Assembly (NCBI GenBank): GCA_965217895.1 | Contig: CBDCJV010000002.1 | Coordinates: 576,001 to 640,000, forward strand | Length of the DNA stretch: 64,000 nucleotides | Reading direction: 5' to 3' | Source of the DNA: Waterburya sp. | GTDB lineage: Bacteria > Cyanobacteriota > Cyanobacteriia > Cyanobacteriales > Xenococcaceae | Part shown: one piece after another, positions 1 to 9,716 of the stretch | How positions within the stretch are numbered: position 1 is the first letter of the stretch | Layout: every line of letters begins with the position of its first letter | Position numbers and translations under genes: made by a program | The notes under the pieces: model-generated | Databases searched by the model: none | The model's input: the letters and a program-made list of their open reading frames with translations, nothing else | What the model was told of the DNA's origin: nothing

Positions 1-579
1 AACTCCAATCGGGCGATCGGGATGCTCTAAGTCGTGTTGGATAGTGGGATGTCGGGCATCGAACTCCCCATTACCTTCAATGACGTAGTAACCACCTTCG
101 GTAATAGTTAGGGTGACAATTTTACATTCCTCCCCTGCGAGGACATCGATAACAGCCTGGGGATTATCTGGCGCAAATAAATATTGGGTAATCGAGCCAA
201 TAATACGAGCAGTGTCTTGTTCTGGAGAACGTTCGATTAAAGTGTACAGACAGTCTTGAGTATGCAATACATCACGCATTTTCTCGTCGTACTTTAGTAA
301 ACCCACACCGCAAATTCCCCAAGTGCTGCCCTGCTGGTTATTTGATCGCTGCTCCTGCTCGATATAATTATCCAGATAGAGAGCTTGGTGAGAGCGATGG
401 AAACCACCTACGCCGATATGAACAATGCCATTTGTCATAACATCGCGGTCATACTGGGGAACACGATGCTGCTGTGACAGTTGCGAGAGATTGGTTTTAT
501 TCAGAGGAATAGAGGTCTTTGTCGATTGTTTGTTCGATTGGGTTGGGGAATGATTGGAGGGGGCGAAGCTGCTGTTCAT
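1..579 (-). CDS. Mannitol 2-dehydrogenase family protein, 5' part (runs off the window start; absent from the ORF track)
   Basis: Manual translation from ATG at 579: MNSSFAPS...VPQYDRDVMTNGIVHIGVGGFHRSHQALYLDNY...TWGICGVG, the signature N-terminus of long-chain polyol dehydrogenases. Overlaps the 3' end of the ABC ATPase gene. Confidence 0.88.
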   Translation of the reverse strand, partial: MNSSFAPSNHSPTQSNKQSTKTSIPLNKTNLSQLSQQHRVPQYDRDVMTNGIVHIGVGGFHRSHQALYLDNYIEQEQRSNNQQGSTWGICGVGLLKYDEKMRDVLHTQDCLYTLIERSPEQDTARIIGSITQYLFAPDNPQAVIDVLAGEECKIVTLTITEGGYYVIEGNGEFDARHPTIQHDLEHPDRPIGV

Positions 580-1693
580 GAGATTGTCCTACTGTAAAGT
601 TATGTTGTTGGGCTTTAGGAATAGCTAAGTCATTGGAGTCGAATACGTGACATAGGTTGCCGTCGATGTAAATAGGTACGCGATCGCCCACTACCACTCT
701 TCTGTCGCCTTCGGTTTGGACGATTAAGGTATCGCCACCTGGTGCGCGGACATATAAAGAGGTAGCATCACCAAGACGCTCGACGACGAGGACATCACAT
801 ATTAGGGTGGGATTGTTTGCATCGATGCGAAGATTTTCGGGGCGGATACCCAGAGTGGCGCGATCGCCTACCATTAAAGTCTTGGGCTTGACTGGTACGG
901 TTACGGTATCATCACCAGGCAATCTTAAGGTAGTGCCAGAATCCTGAACGCTAGTAGTCATTACAGACAGGAAATTCATCTTCGGAGAACCAATAAATCC
1001 CGCGACAAAGCGATTGCACGGATGGTGGTATAGTTCCATAGGTGTGCCGATTTGTTCCACAACACCACCATTTAGAACCACAATTTTGGTAGCCAAGGTC
1101 ATAGCTTCAATTTGATCGTGGGTCACATAGATCATCGTAGACTCCAAGCTATTGTGTAGACTACCAAGCTCTAGTCGCATTTGTCCCCGCAAAGCTGCAT
1201 CCAAGTTAGATAATGGCTCGTCAAACAAAAATACTTTGGGGCTGCGTACCAAGGCACGACCGATGGCTACCCGTTGTCGCTGTCCGCCAGAGAGCGCACC
1301 AGGCTTACGCTGCAACAGTGGTTCTAGCTGTAAAACTCCAGCGACTTCTTTTGCCCTGGCGAGTCGTTTAGCTTTGGGCATACCCGCTAGTCGCAAACTG
1401 AAGGACATATTTTCAGCCACCGTCATGTGAGGATAAAGGGCATAGGTTTGAAACACCATTGCCAGCCCTCGCTGGTCTGGCGGAACATTGTTCATACGTT
1501 CGCCATCAATCAGAAGCTCCCCAGAAGTAATATCTTCCAGTCCCGCAATCATTCTGAGGAGGGTAGATTTACCGCAGCCCGAAGGTCCAACGAAGACCAC
1601 AAATTCGCGATCTTCGATATCAAGGTCTATGCCTTTAATAATTTCGGTGTCGGTATAGGTTTTGCGGATGTTTCTTAAAGTTACAGTTGACAT
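497..1693 (-). CDS. Sugar/polyol ABC transporter ATP-binding subunit (MalK/SmoK type)
   Basis: Walker A GPSGCGKST, signature LSGGQRQR, Walker B FLFDEP, TOBE-like C-terminus; operon context. Confidence 0.95.
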   Translation of the reverse strand: MSTVTLRNIRKTYTDTEIIKGIDLDIEDREFVVFVGPSGCGKSTLLRMIAGLEDITSGELLIDGERMNNVPPDQRGLAMVFQTYALYPHMTVAENMSFSLRLAGMPKAKRLARAKEVAGVLQLEPLLQRKPGALSGGQRQRVAIGRALVRSPKVFLFDEPLSNLDAALRGQMRLELGSLHNSLESTMIYVTHDQIEAMTLATKIVVLNGGVVEQIGTPMELYHHPCNRFVAGFIGSPKMNFLSVMTTSVQDSGTTLRLPGDDTVTVPVKPKTLMVGDRATLGIRPENLRIDANNPTLICDVLVVERLGDATSLYVRAPGGDTLIVQTEGDRRVVVGDRVPIYIDGNLCHVFDSNDLAIPKAQQHNFTVGQSHEQQLRPLQSFPNPIEQTIDKDLYSSE

Positions 1694-1828
1694 GATTAAT
1701 TCGGTTTAAATGAATGTTAAATACAAAGGATGAACCTATTCATTGAAGTCAGAAGTCAGAAGTCAGAAGAGTTTAGTAAAAAAGCTAATAGCTAATAGCT
1801 AAGAGCTAATAGCTAGAGCGAAGCTCTT

Positions 1829-2656
1829 CTACTTGACTGCACCAAATGTAAGACCTCGAACCAGTTGTTTCTGACTAAGCCAACCAAAGATGAGGATCGG
1901 TGCGATCGCCATGGTTGAGGCTGCCGACAGCTTTGCCCAAAACAGTCCTTGAGGACTGGAGAAAGAGGCAATAAACGCGGTTAAGGGGGCTGCATCAAAG
2001 GTGGTCAGGTTGAGACTCCAAAAGGCTTCGTTCCACGAAAGAATAATCGAAAGCAGTGCGGTAGAGGCAATTCCTGGCAATGCTAGAGGGAGCAATACAT
2101 ATGCCACTTCCTGGTAAATTGTCGCGCCATCCATGCGATCGGCTTCGAGAATCTCTTTTGGCACTTCTTTGAAAAAACTATAGATCATCCAAACCACAAT
2201 CGGCAAGTTAATTAGGGTATAAATGATAATTAGACCGATACGAGTATCTAATAATCCCGATTCGCGACCTAGAATATAAATCGGTACTAATACACCTACT
2301 GAAGGCAGCATTTTGGTCGAAAGCATCCATAACAGAGTGCTTTTGGTGCGTTTGGTCGGGAAAAAAGACATGGCGTAAGCTGCGGGAACCGCTAGCAATA
2401 GTGCCAAGATGGTCGCACCGACGGAGATAACAATACTGTTCCAAGCGTAGTTGAAATAAGCAGCCCTTTCTTGAACGGCAACATAGTTGTCCAGAGTTGG
2501 CTTAAAGAGAAGCTGGGGTGGTGTGGCTATTGCAGCCACTTCCGTTTTAAAGCTGGTGATAAACATCCAGAAGATCGGGAAGAATAAAATACAGGCGACT
2601 AGCCAACCCAGTAAGCCAATTAGCCATTTGTTCGATTTGTTATTATTAGTTTTCAT
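1829..2656 (-). CDS. Polyol ABC transporter permease (SmoG/MalG type)
   Basis: Hydrophobic helices, EAA loop EADRMDGAT, C-terminal LVRGLTFGAVK; likely start MKTNN at 2656. Confidence 0.92.
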   Translation of the reverse strand: MKTNNNKSNKWLIGLLGWLVACILFFPIFWMFITSFKTEVAAIATPPQLLFKPTLDNYVAVQERAAYFNYAWNSIVISVGATILALLLAVPAAYAMSFFPTKRTKSTLLWMLSTKMLPSVGVLVPIYILGRESGLLDTRIGLIIIYTLINLPIVVWMIYSFFKEVPKEILEADRMDGATIYQEVAYVLLPLALPGIASTALLSIILSWNEAFWSLNLTTFDAAPLTAFIASFSSPQGLFWAKLSAASTMAIAPILIFGWLSQKQLVRGLTFGAVK

Positions 2657-2657
2657 A

Positions 2658-3575
2658 TTAAGTATCCAAATTACTAGCAACGCTACGGACTAAGAAAATT
2701 GCGACGATGTTAGCTAGCACTACGGCGATCAGCCCGCCAGCAGAAGCTCCACCTACGTCGAACTCTAGCAACGCTTTGAGATAGATGTAGTAAGCTAAGT
2801 TAGTGGTTGCCAGTCCTGGACCCCCACCTGTGGTAACGAAAATTTCCCCAAAGATAGCTAGAAAGAAGATCGTTTCGATCATTGCTACTACGGCGATCGC
2901 CCGACTTAAGTGAGGCAATACTACATATCGAAATAATTGCAACGGTTTAGCTCCATCCATGCGAGCAGCTTCTAATTGATCGGTATCTAGGGACTGAATT
3001 GCCGTTAATAAAATTAGTAAGGCAAAGGGCAGCCATTCCCAAGAAACAATGATGATGATCGATAACAGAGGAAAATCGGTAAACCAGTCGATCGCTCCTA
3101 ATCCCATCCCACGAGTGATTTGAGCAAACAGCCCGTTAACTGGGTGCATCAGCATATTTTTCCAAATCAAAGCACTCACCGTCGGCATGACAAAGAACGG
3201 TGAAATTGCCAGTACGCGGGCAATACCCTGACCTGGAAAATCCTGGTTAAACAGCACCGCTAATAGTGTGCCTAAACCAATCGTGATTAGCAGCACAGAA
3301 GCAACTAGGATCAGGGTAGTACCAATCGAGATCCATAATGCTGGATCGGTCAGGATAAAGGTAAAGTTTCCTAATCCAATAAACTCGCGGTTATCGGGAA
3401 TCAATAAATTATATCGTTGGAAGGCAAACCAGATTGCCATTGCCAACGGTACTACCATCCAGAGAATCAGTACGATTACTGACGGTGCTACTAACGCCAG
3501 GGTAGGTATCTTTCTTGACGATCGCTCTTTGGGCTTTGACGGTGGTTGTGGTCTTGTTACTACGGAAGAAGTCAT
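2658..3575 (-). CDS. Polyol ABC transporter permease (SmoF/MalF type)
   Basis: EAARMDGA loop, TTGGGPG motif, multiple TM segments. Confidence 0.92.
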   Translation of the reverse strand: MTSSVVTRPQPPSKPKERSSRKIPTLALVAPSVIVLILWMVVPLAMAIWFAFQRYNLLIPDNREFIGLGNFTFILTDPALWISIGTTLILVASVLLITIGLGTLLAVLFNQDFPGQGIARVLAISPFFVMPTVSALIWKNMLMHPVNGLFAQITRGMGLGAIDWFTDFPLLSIIIIVSWEWLPFALLILLTAIQSLDTDQLEAARMDGAKPLQLFRYVVLPHLSRAIAVVAMIETIFFLAIFGEIFVTTGGGPGLATTNLAYYIYLKALLEFDVGGASAGGLIAVVLANIVAIFLVRSVASNLDT

Positions 3576-4936
3576 TTATTTACCTCTGTCTTAGCTTGCT
3601 CGTCTGACTTGATATAGCCCGTGTGAATCATAAATCGCTCGGCAATATTTTGCGATTGAGAAATTGCTTTATCGACCGAAACTTTATCCGCCAAAGCTTC
3701 TGCCATCTGCTGCCCTACCTGAGTTCCAATTGCCTGAAATTCGGGAATATCTACATATTGAATTCCCTTATAGGGCGTAGGCAAGGGAGAAGGCTTCTCG
3801 ATATCCGCAGACTCAATCGAAGTCAATACAGTCTTGGCAAAGGGGGCAACTTCTTGGTAGTTAGGATTTTCGTAAGTTGAGGTGCGAGTACCTGGTGGCA
3901 CACCAACCCAACCCGATTTATCTGCCACCAATTGAATATATTCTTTAGAGGTTGCCCAAGTAATAAATCGCTGTGCCTCTTCGGGCGATCGCGATGTTTC
4001 AGGAATTGCTAAAGCCCATGACCACAACCAGTTTGAACCATTTGGATAAGACTCAACTGGTGCGGGGGCAAAACCAACTCGATCGGCAACCTGTGATACT
4101 TCAGGGTTAGATAGCAGTCCTGCTGCAACCGTGGCATCAATCCACATCCCGCATTTACCCGTAGAGAATAGTGCCAGGTTCTCATTAAAGCCATTAGAAC
4201 TAGCCCCTGGTGGCCCGTATTTATTCAATACATCCACATAAAAAGTGACGGCACTTTTCCATTCTGGGGTGTCCAGTTGAGGCTGCCAGTTCATATCGAA
4301 CCAACGTCCGCCGTTAGTATTGACCAGCGTGGTCAAAAACGCCATGTTTTCACCCCAGCCTGGTTTGCCACGCAAACACATACCGTAAACGCCATTATCA
4401 GGGTCGTTTACCTGACTCGCCCATTCTGCTACCTGGTCGTAGGTAGGATTCTCCGCCATGGTAATTCCTGCTTTATCAAAGAGATCTTGGCGATAATAGA
4501 GCATCGAGCTTTCGGCATAAAACGGTAGCGCATAGAGCTTGCCGTCGTTGGAAAGACCTGTGCGAACGGGGTCGATCAGATCGTCTACGTCATATTCGGC
4601 GGGCAGATTATCTAAAGGCTTCAACCAACCTCGTTTTGCCCAAATAGGTGTTTCATAAGAACCGATTGTTAAAACATCGAATTGACCACCCTGACTGGCA
4701 ACGTCGGTAGTAGTGCGTTGACGTAAAATATTTTCTTCTAATACTACCCAGCGTAGCTCGATATCGGGATTCTCCGCTTCAAACTTGCGCGATAAATCCT
4801 GCATGACCACCATGTCACCGTTATTGACAGTAGCAATGGTCAATCGCGTTTTGCCCTTTGCCTCCGATTCACCTCCACAGGCTTGCAATAACGGTATCAG
4901 CATGACGCCCAAGAAGAACGCCTTTATTTTGTTCAT
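3572..4936 (-). CDS. Sorbitol/mannitol-type ABC substrate-binding lipoprotein (SmoE-like)
   Basis: Lipobox LQAC; motifs TIATVNNGDM, CLRGKPGWGENMA, WLWSWALAIP typical of polyol-binding proteins. Alternative start at 5020. Confidence 0.9.
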   Translation of the reverse strand: MNKIKAFFLGVMLIPLLQACGGESEAKGKTRLTIATVNNGDMVVMQDLSRKFEAENPDIELRWVVLEENILRQRTTTDVASQGGQFDVLTIGSYETPIWAKRGWLKPLDNLPAEYDVDDLIDPVRTGLSNDGKLYALPFYAESSMLYYRQDLFDKAGITMAENPTYDQVAEWASQVNDPDNGVYGMCLRGKPGWGENMAFLTTLVNTNGGRWFDMNWQPQLDTPEWKSAVTFYVDVLNKYGPPGASSNGFNENLALFSTGKCGMWIDATVAAGLLSNPEVSQVADRVGFAPAPVESYPNGSNWLWSWALAIPETSRSPEEAQRFITWATSKEYIQLVADKSGWVGVPPGTRTSTYENPNYQEVAPFAKTVLTSIESADIEKPSPLPTPYKGIQYVDIPEFQAIGTQVGQQMAEALADKVSVDKAISQSQNIAERFMIHTGYIKSDEQAKTEVNK

Positions 4937-5066
4937 AATAATTTGTCTCCAAAAGGCTTTGAAACCTATTAACGATCCAGAATAAAAGAAGAATATGAGC
5001 AAGTTATGAGGAAAAAACATATGTACTGCTCTCCTCCTTTCATTTTGAATAAACTATTTTCCAAAC

Positions 5067-5099
5067 TGGGCATTTGCTCAAAGTTTGTTTAATTGCTCG
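5067..5099. promoter_or_regulatory. Candidate SorC-family operator in the divergent smoE/SDR promoter
   Basis: Imperfect palindrome TGGGCA-TT-TGCTCA (5067-5080) plus a second TGCTCG half-site starting 19 bp after TGCTCA; the same spacing recurs upstream of the regulator. Confidence 0.55.
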
Positions 5100-5182
5100 G
5101 TATTCACAATCATACTTTTTTTCTCAACAATTATGAGAAGAGCGTTACCATTTGAAACAATTCCCAATTTAGAGGTGAATAT

Positions 5183-5986
5183 ATGCCAGCGATCGCAACC
5201 TACTCTTTTAATGACAAAACTATCCTCATTACGGGTGGTGCTGGAGAAATTGGCAGGGCAACTGCACACCGTTTTGCCGAAAATGGTGCGGGTGTTGTCT
5301 TGTTAGATATTGACCGAGACAAAATGACCGAAGTAGCTCAGGAACTGACCCAATACGGTACTCCAGTTCACTGGTTTTGCTGTGATGTAACTAGTTCCGA
5401 AGCAGTGGCAAAAGCCTTTACAAGTGCGTTTAAACAGTTAGATCGTCTCGACTATGTTTTCAACAATGCAGGTTATCAAGGGGTCTTTACCCAAACAGAT
5501 CGATACCCCGATGATGATTTCCGCAGGGTAATTGATATCAATGTCGTCGGCGTGTTTAACGTTCTTAAAGCAGCGTCTAAATGCTTACAGCAGCAGGGAG
5601 GTGGTGCAATTGTTAATATGGCTAGCTACGCAGGGGTTGTCGGTCCGCCAAATATGCTGGCATATGCAGCTTCTAAGTTTGCCGTTGTGGGAATGACTCA
5701 GACGGCAGCAAAAGATCTGGCGGTTGATCGTATCCGTGTTAATGCCATCTCACCTGCTCTAATTGGACCTGGCATGATGTGGACTCGGCAAACAGAGTTA
5801 CAGGCGGAGGTGGGTTCACAGTATTTTAGTACCGACCCAAAAATAGTAGAGCAACAGATGATCGACTCAGTACCGATGAGACGCTTGGGTCGTTTAGAAG
5901 AGGTAGCTAAGGGCGTTGCTTTTTTGATGAGCGACGAAGCGAGCTACATTACTGGATTTAATTTGGAGGTCACAGGAGGGCAATAA
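5183..5986 (+). CDS. Short-chain dehydrogenase/reductase, probably a polyol dehydrogenase
   Basis: TGGAGEIG Rossmann motif, NNAG, catalytic YAASK; divergent from the polyol ABC operon. Confidence 0.9.
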   Translation: MPAIATYSFNDKTILITGGAGEIGRATAHRFAENGAGVVLLDIDRDKMTEVAQELTQYGTPVHWFCCDVTSSEAVAKAFTSAFKQLDRLDYVFNNAGYQGVFTQTDRYPDDDFRRVIDINVVGVFNVLKAASKCLQQQGGGAIVNMASYAGVVGPPNMLAYAASKFAVVGMTQTAAKDLAVDRIRVNAISPALIGPGMMWTRQTELQAEVGSQYFSTDPKIVEQQMIDSVPMRRLGRLEEVAKGVAFLMSDEASYITGFNLEVTGGQ

Positions 5987-6069
5987 AAAAGTTTTGAATT
6001 GAGAGCTAATAAATTCAGATGGATTAATCACAGGTAAAATACAGCTAATTTTAAACAGAGAAGAAATAC

Positions 6070-6276
6070 ATGAGTAATTATCCGAGAACATTCTCACATA
6101 TTGGAATATCCGTTCCTAATGTAGAGAAGGCCGTGGAGTTTTATAGCAACGTTATGGGTTGGTATTTAATCATGAAACCAACTGTAATTACAGAGGAGTC
6201 AGAAACACCGATAGGACAAATGTGTATTGATGTATTTGGTACTGGTTGGGGTTCTTTCAAAATTGCTCAAGAGTAG
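6070..6276 (+). pseudogene. Truncated glyoxalase/VOC (lactoylglutathione lyase-like) gene
   Basis: FSHIGISVPNVEKAVEFYSNVMGW VOC N-terminus; stops after 68 aa in repeat-rich sequence. Confidence 0.75.
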
Positions 6277-6427
6277 AGATAGTGAAGTAGAGGAGGTGGA
6301 GAAGTAGAGAAGACCCCAAAGACCCCTAATGAATTGCGGTATCCTTTAGGACTACCTCAAATACTCTAAATACCCCTCAAAACAATCTTGACAGAGTATT
6401 AGATTTTATATGATGTGGTCTATTTTG

Positions 6428-6520
6428 GCGATCGCTTGAAATTTGATTTTAGTTACCAATAATACTCGTCATTATCAAAGAATTACAGGATTAAACTTAG
6501 ATAATTGGAGCATTGAGTAA
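6428..6520 (+). pseudogene. C-terminal remnant of a VapC/PIN toxin
   Basis: Manual translation AIA*NLILVTNNTRHYQRITGLNLDNWSIE*, typical VapC C-terminus; begins at a HIP1 site. Confidence 0.65.
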
Positions 6521-6765
6521 ACTTTGTAACAGGTCATGGGTGCTTTATACCAAGTACGGACAATCGCGGAACTTTTGCCCTAGCTCATCGAGATGCCTAC
6601 AAAGAAGCTGAAATTGATAAACTCATCACTACAACAACTCAAATTTTTGCTAATTAAGCGCTCTACAAAACCTGATTCTAAGTTATGAGTTATATCAAAC
6701 TACATGAGTAATATAAAATAAAATACAAAAAGCCTCTATCAAAACTCAATCTTTTTCTAGAATCT

Positions 6766-8451
6766 ATGTTGGATGAAAACCTTCGGGCAATAGCAGTCAA
6801 TCCTATAAAACTTCCTGGTTTTATTAATCAGTTAGATTACATGGATTTACTTCACTTGCTAAAAGTGCCAAACTTGTCTGAATGGTTCTTAGAACAAGCA
6901 TTACAGCATAGAGAAGGACGGGTGCGGTTTTTTATTTCTCAGCATCCAAATATTACAGACAAAGTTAAAGCAAAACTAATTGCAACTGGAGATGGGGAAA
7001 GTTGCCTATATTTTGCTCGACAAAAAAATCTTAGTGATTCACTTATTTCTCAATTAGCTTCAGTAGAAATTAGAGGCTTGTATCTTTCTCTGAGTAGAGA
7101 AATAAAAAAGAAAATCAGATTTGCGATCGCAAATAATCCTAATACAAAGCTAGATATCCTACAGCAGCTAGCGGGAGATATTGAGTATACGGTAAGAATT
7201 ACTGCTAAATGCAAAATTGCATCCCATCCCCAGACCTCTTTATCTATTATCGAACAATTAGCTTTTGATGCCGAGCCTAGTATAAAAAAAGCAGTAGCCT
7301 CACGCCATGATTTGCCAATAGAGTTAATCAAAGAAATGGCAAAAGATTGCCAAATAGCTAGGAAAGGGTTTCTCATTCGCAATCTTTCTTTCAATGGCTA
7401 TTTACTAGATACGCTAGCTCAAGATTCTCATCCGAAGGTGCAACAGTTAGTAGCACTTCATCCTAATACTTCGGAGGAAACGCTTATCAGTCTAGCTTGT
7501 AATCATGCGATCGCTAGTTTGGTGTTGCAAAACCCTAACTTAACAGCAGAAATATTCGAGCAATTGGCATCTAGTAATAATTCAAAGCTATATTTTGCTT
7601 TAGCACAACATTCATGGACAAGTAGAGAAACTTTAGCCAATATTGCTGCAAAGAGTGATGATGCAGCAACCCTGATTGCTATAGTAGAAAATAATCAAGC
7701 AGGAAAGAAAACAAAAAGAGAAATATTAACCAGACTGGCTATCTTTTCTAGTCGCTCGGTACGTCGATACGTAGCAAAAAATCCTTGCACCCCAGAGAAT
7801 ATTCTATGGCGATGGGGTACATCCCAAAGATACTATAAACTGCATCCTTTTATCGCTAAGAATCCTAGTAGCTCTACAATGCTATTGGATTATTTGGCGC
7901 ATAAGTTTTTCTCTCAGAAAGTATGGGAGGGTTTAATTACAAATCCCAATACTTCTGTGGATACTTTTAATTATTTATGTTCAAAAGAACGAAAACAAAA
8001 AATTGTGAATGGAAGAAAAGTAATTGCGATCGCTAAAGAGCATAAAATTCCTTCGCATATCCTAAAAAAACTGATAAGAGCTAAACTTTATTCTGCAACT
8101 AGACGTGCTTGGTTTGCATTAGATTTAGACGATGAACAGCAAGAAGTTGCTTTTGAGATAATCGATAAACTAATAAAGGCTTATAGAGCTTACTGTAGAG
8201 GATTTTATTATAATCGAGATCGATCATATGATATTTATTTAATCCAAAAATGCGATCTACCCCTCGCAACTGTAGAATTTCTTTTAGAACAGATTGCTCA
8301 AAGTCGCCAAGCTGATAAACGTAAATTTGCTGCTAGACATCCAAAAACCCCAATATCTGTCTTAGAAACTTTAATCGAAGATGAGGATAGAGGTGTAAGG
8401 GATGCTGCTATTTTTCGCTTGCAGCAAAGACGAGACAATAGATTAAATTGA
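6766..8451 (+). CDS. Leucine-rich-repeat-variant (LRV/HEAT-like) repeat protein
   Basis: Recurring VR..VA.NPNT....L..LA units, e.g. IANNPNTKLDILQQLA and VALHPNTSEETLISLA. Confidence 0.85.
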   Translation: MLDENLRAIAVNPIKLPGFINQLDYMDLLHLLKVPNLSEWFLEQALQHREGRVRFFISQHPNITDKVKAKLIATGDGESCLYFARQKNLSDSLISQLASVEIRGLYLSLSREIKKKIRFAIANNPNTKLDILQQLAGDIEYTVRITAKCKIASHPQTSLSIIEQLAFDAEPSIKKAVASRHDLPIELIKEMAKDCQIARKGFLIRNLSFNGYLLDTLAQDSHPKVQQLVALHPNTSEETLISLACNHAIASLVLQNPNLTAEIFEQLASSNNSKLYFALAQHSWTSRETLANIAAKSDDAATLIAIVENNQAGKKTKREILTRLAIFSSRSVRRYVAKNPCTPENILWRWGTSQRYYKLHPFIAKNPSSSTMLLDYLAHKFFSQKVWEGLITNPNTSVDTFNYLCSKERKQKIVNGRKVIAIAKEHKIPSHILKKLIRAKLYSATRRAWFALDLDDEQQEVAFEIIDKLIKAYRAYCRGFYYNRDRSYDIYLIQKCDLPLATVEFLLEQIAQSRQADKRKFAARHPKTPISVLETLIEDEDRGVRDAAIFRLQQRRDNRLN

Positions 8452-8584
8452 ATGAGGTGGTCAAGAACTAAGCGAAGTTGTAAGCATTCCCACCATATAA
8501 TCAGTCAAATCTCGATCACGAATAACATCAGTGGTTTTTAAAGCGCGATCGCGTTTGGTCTAAATTTTGCACTTCGGTATTGAC

Positions 8585-8636
8585 TGAGCTTAAATTGTTG
8601 AATTGAGCATAACCTGCTTTTTTGAGCAGATCTTCA
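8585..8636. promoter_or_regulatory. Candidate autoregulatory operator of the SorC-family regulator
   Basis: TGAGC(T/A) at 8585, 8604 and 8623 (19-bp period); the last extends to the imperfect palindrome TGAGCAGATCTTCA. Confidence 0.55.
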
Positions 8637-8698
8637 AACCTATGCCAAACCACATACAATATAGGATATTTACTAATAGATGTTAAATAGCAGAAAAT

Positions 8699-9655
8699 AT
8701 GTCAAAAACTCTTTCTGAGAAGCGCAGTCAAAAACTTGATTTGGCAGCCCGCGCAGCTTGGCTCTACTACATCGCAGGCGATACTCAAGAAGACATTGCT
8801 ACTAAACTTAATGTCTCACGACAAGCAGCTCAACGATTAGTCGCTCTGGCAGTCAGTGAAAAGCTAATTAAATTTCGACTAGACCATCCCCTTAGTAATT
8901 GCATTGCTTTAGCTGAAGCACTGCGGAATAAGTTTGAACTGTCTACCTGTGAAGTAGTGCCAAGTAGTGCAGATGGTTCGCGTAACGGTCTAGCTGTATG
9001 CACCGCAGCTCACCTAGAGACATATCTAATAGCAAAAGCCCCTAATATTATGGCATTTTCTTCTGGTCGAACATTACGAGCAATGGTCGAGCAAATTCCC
9101 TCTATGAATCAGCCTCAACATAAGATTGTTTCGATCGTTGGCAACATGGCTCACTATGGTCGTGCAGGTCGCCATGAGGTAGTTATGCACCTTAGCGAAG
9201 TTACTGGTGCAGAAGCTTATCCAGTACCGACTCCAGTGATAGCCACCAATGTTAAAGAACGCAAACTACTGCAAACACAACAATCGTTTATCACCGTCGA
9301 ATCTTTAGTCGATCGGGCGAAAGTCACCTTTGTCGGCATTGGTGATATTGGTTGGAATGCCCCACTTCATGAAAGTGGCTTTATTAATGATAAAGAGATT
9401 ACCGAACTTATGGAATTAGGTGCTGTTGGAGAAGTCGCGGGGTGGGCATACGACAAACAAGGTACGTTATTAAAAGAGGGTACTAATACCAGAATTGCGG
9501 GGGTTTCCCTCGAACAGCCAGTTCAGCGACTGACGATTGGAGTTGCTGGCGGTTTGCACAAAAAAGAAGCCGTGCTGGCTGCGCTAACAGGCAGGTTGAT
9601 TAATGGATTAATTACAGATGAAGCAGTGGCTGAATCAATTCTTCAGATGGCATAA
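8699..9655 (+). CDS. SorC/DeoR(Bsu)-family sugar-binding transcriptional regulator
   Basis: AARAAWLYY...TQEDIATKLNVSRQAAQRL HTH, SSGRTL, VAGG..K..AVLAALTG..INGLITDE. Confidence 0.93.
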   Translation: MSKTLSEKRSQKLDLAARAAWLYYIAGDTQEDIATKLNVSRQAAQRLVALAVSEKLIKFRLDHPLSNCIALAEALRNKFELSTCEVVPSSADGSRNGLAVCTAAHLETYLIAKAPNIMAFSSGRTLRAMVEQIPSMNQPQHKIVSIVGNMAHYGRAGRHEVVMHLSEVTGAEAYPVPTPVIATNVKERKLLQTQQSFITVESLVDRAKVTFVGIGDIGWNAPLHESGFINDKEITELMELGAVGEVAGWAYDKQGTLLKEGTNTRIAGVSLEQPVQRLTIGVAGGLHKKEAVLAALTGRLINGLITDEAVAESILQMA

Positions 9656-9716
9656 GCGCCTATTTAACATTGAACGGCGTAGAATCAAGAACAATTAAAT
9701 TTTACAAGATCTACCC

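Noticed and set aside
1746..1815. Tandem heptamers (GAAGTCA, AGCTAAT and similar tracts elsewhere) as a CRISPR array
   Set aside because: 7-bp units without unique spacers; these are ordinary cyanobacterial STRRs, and no cas genes are present.
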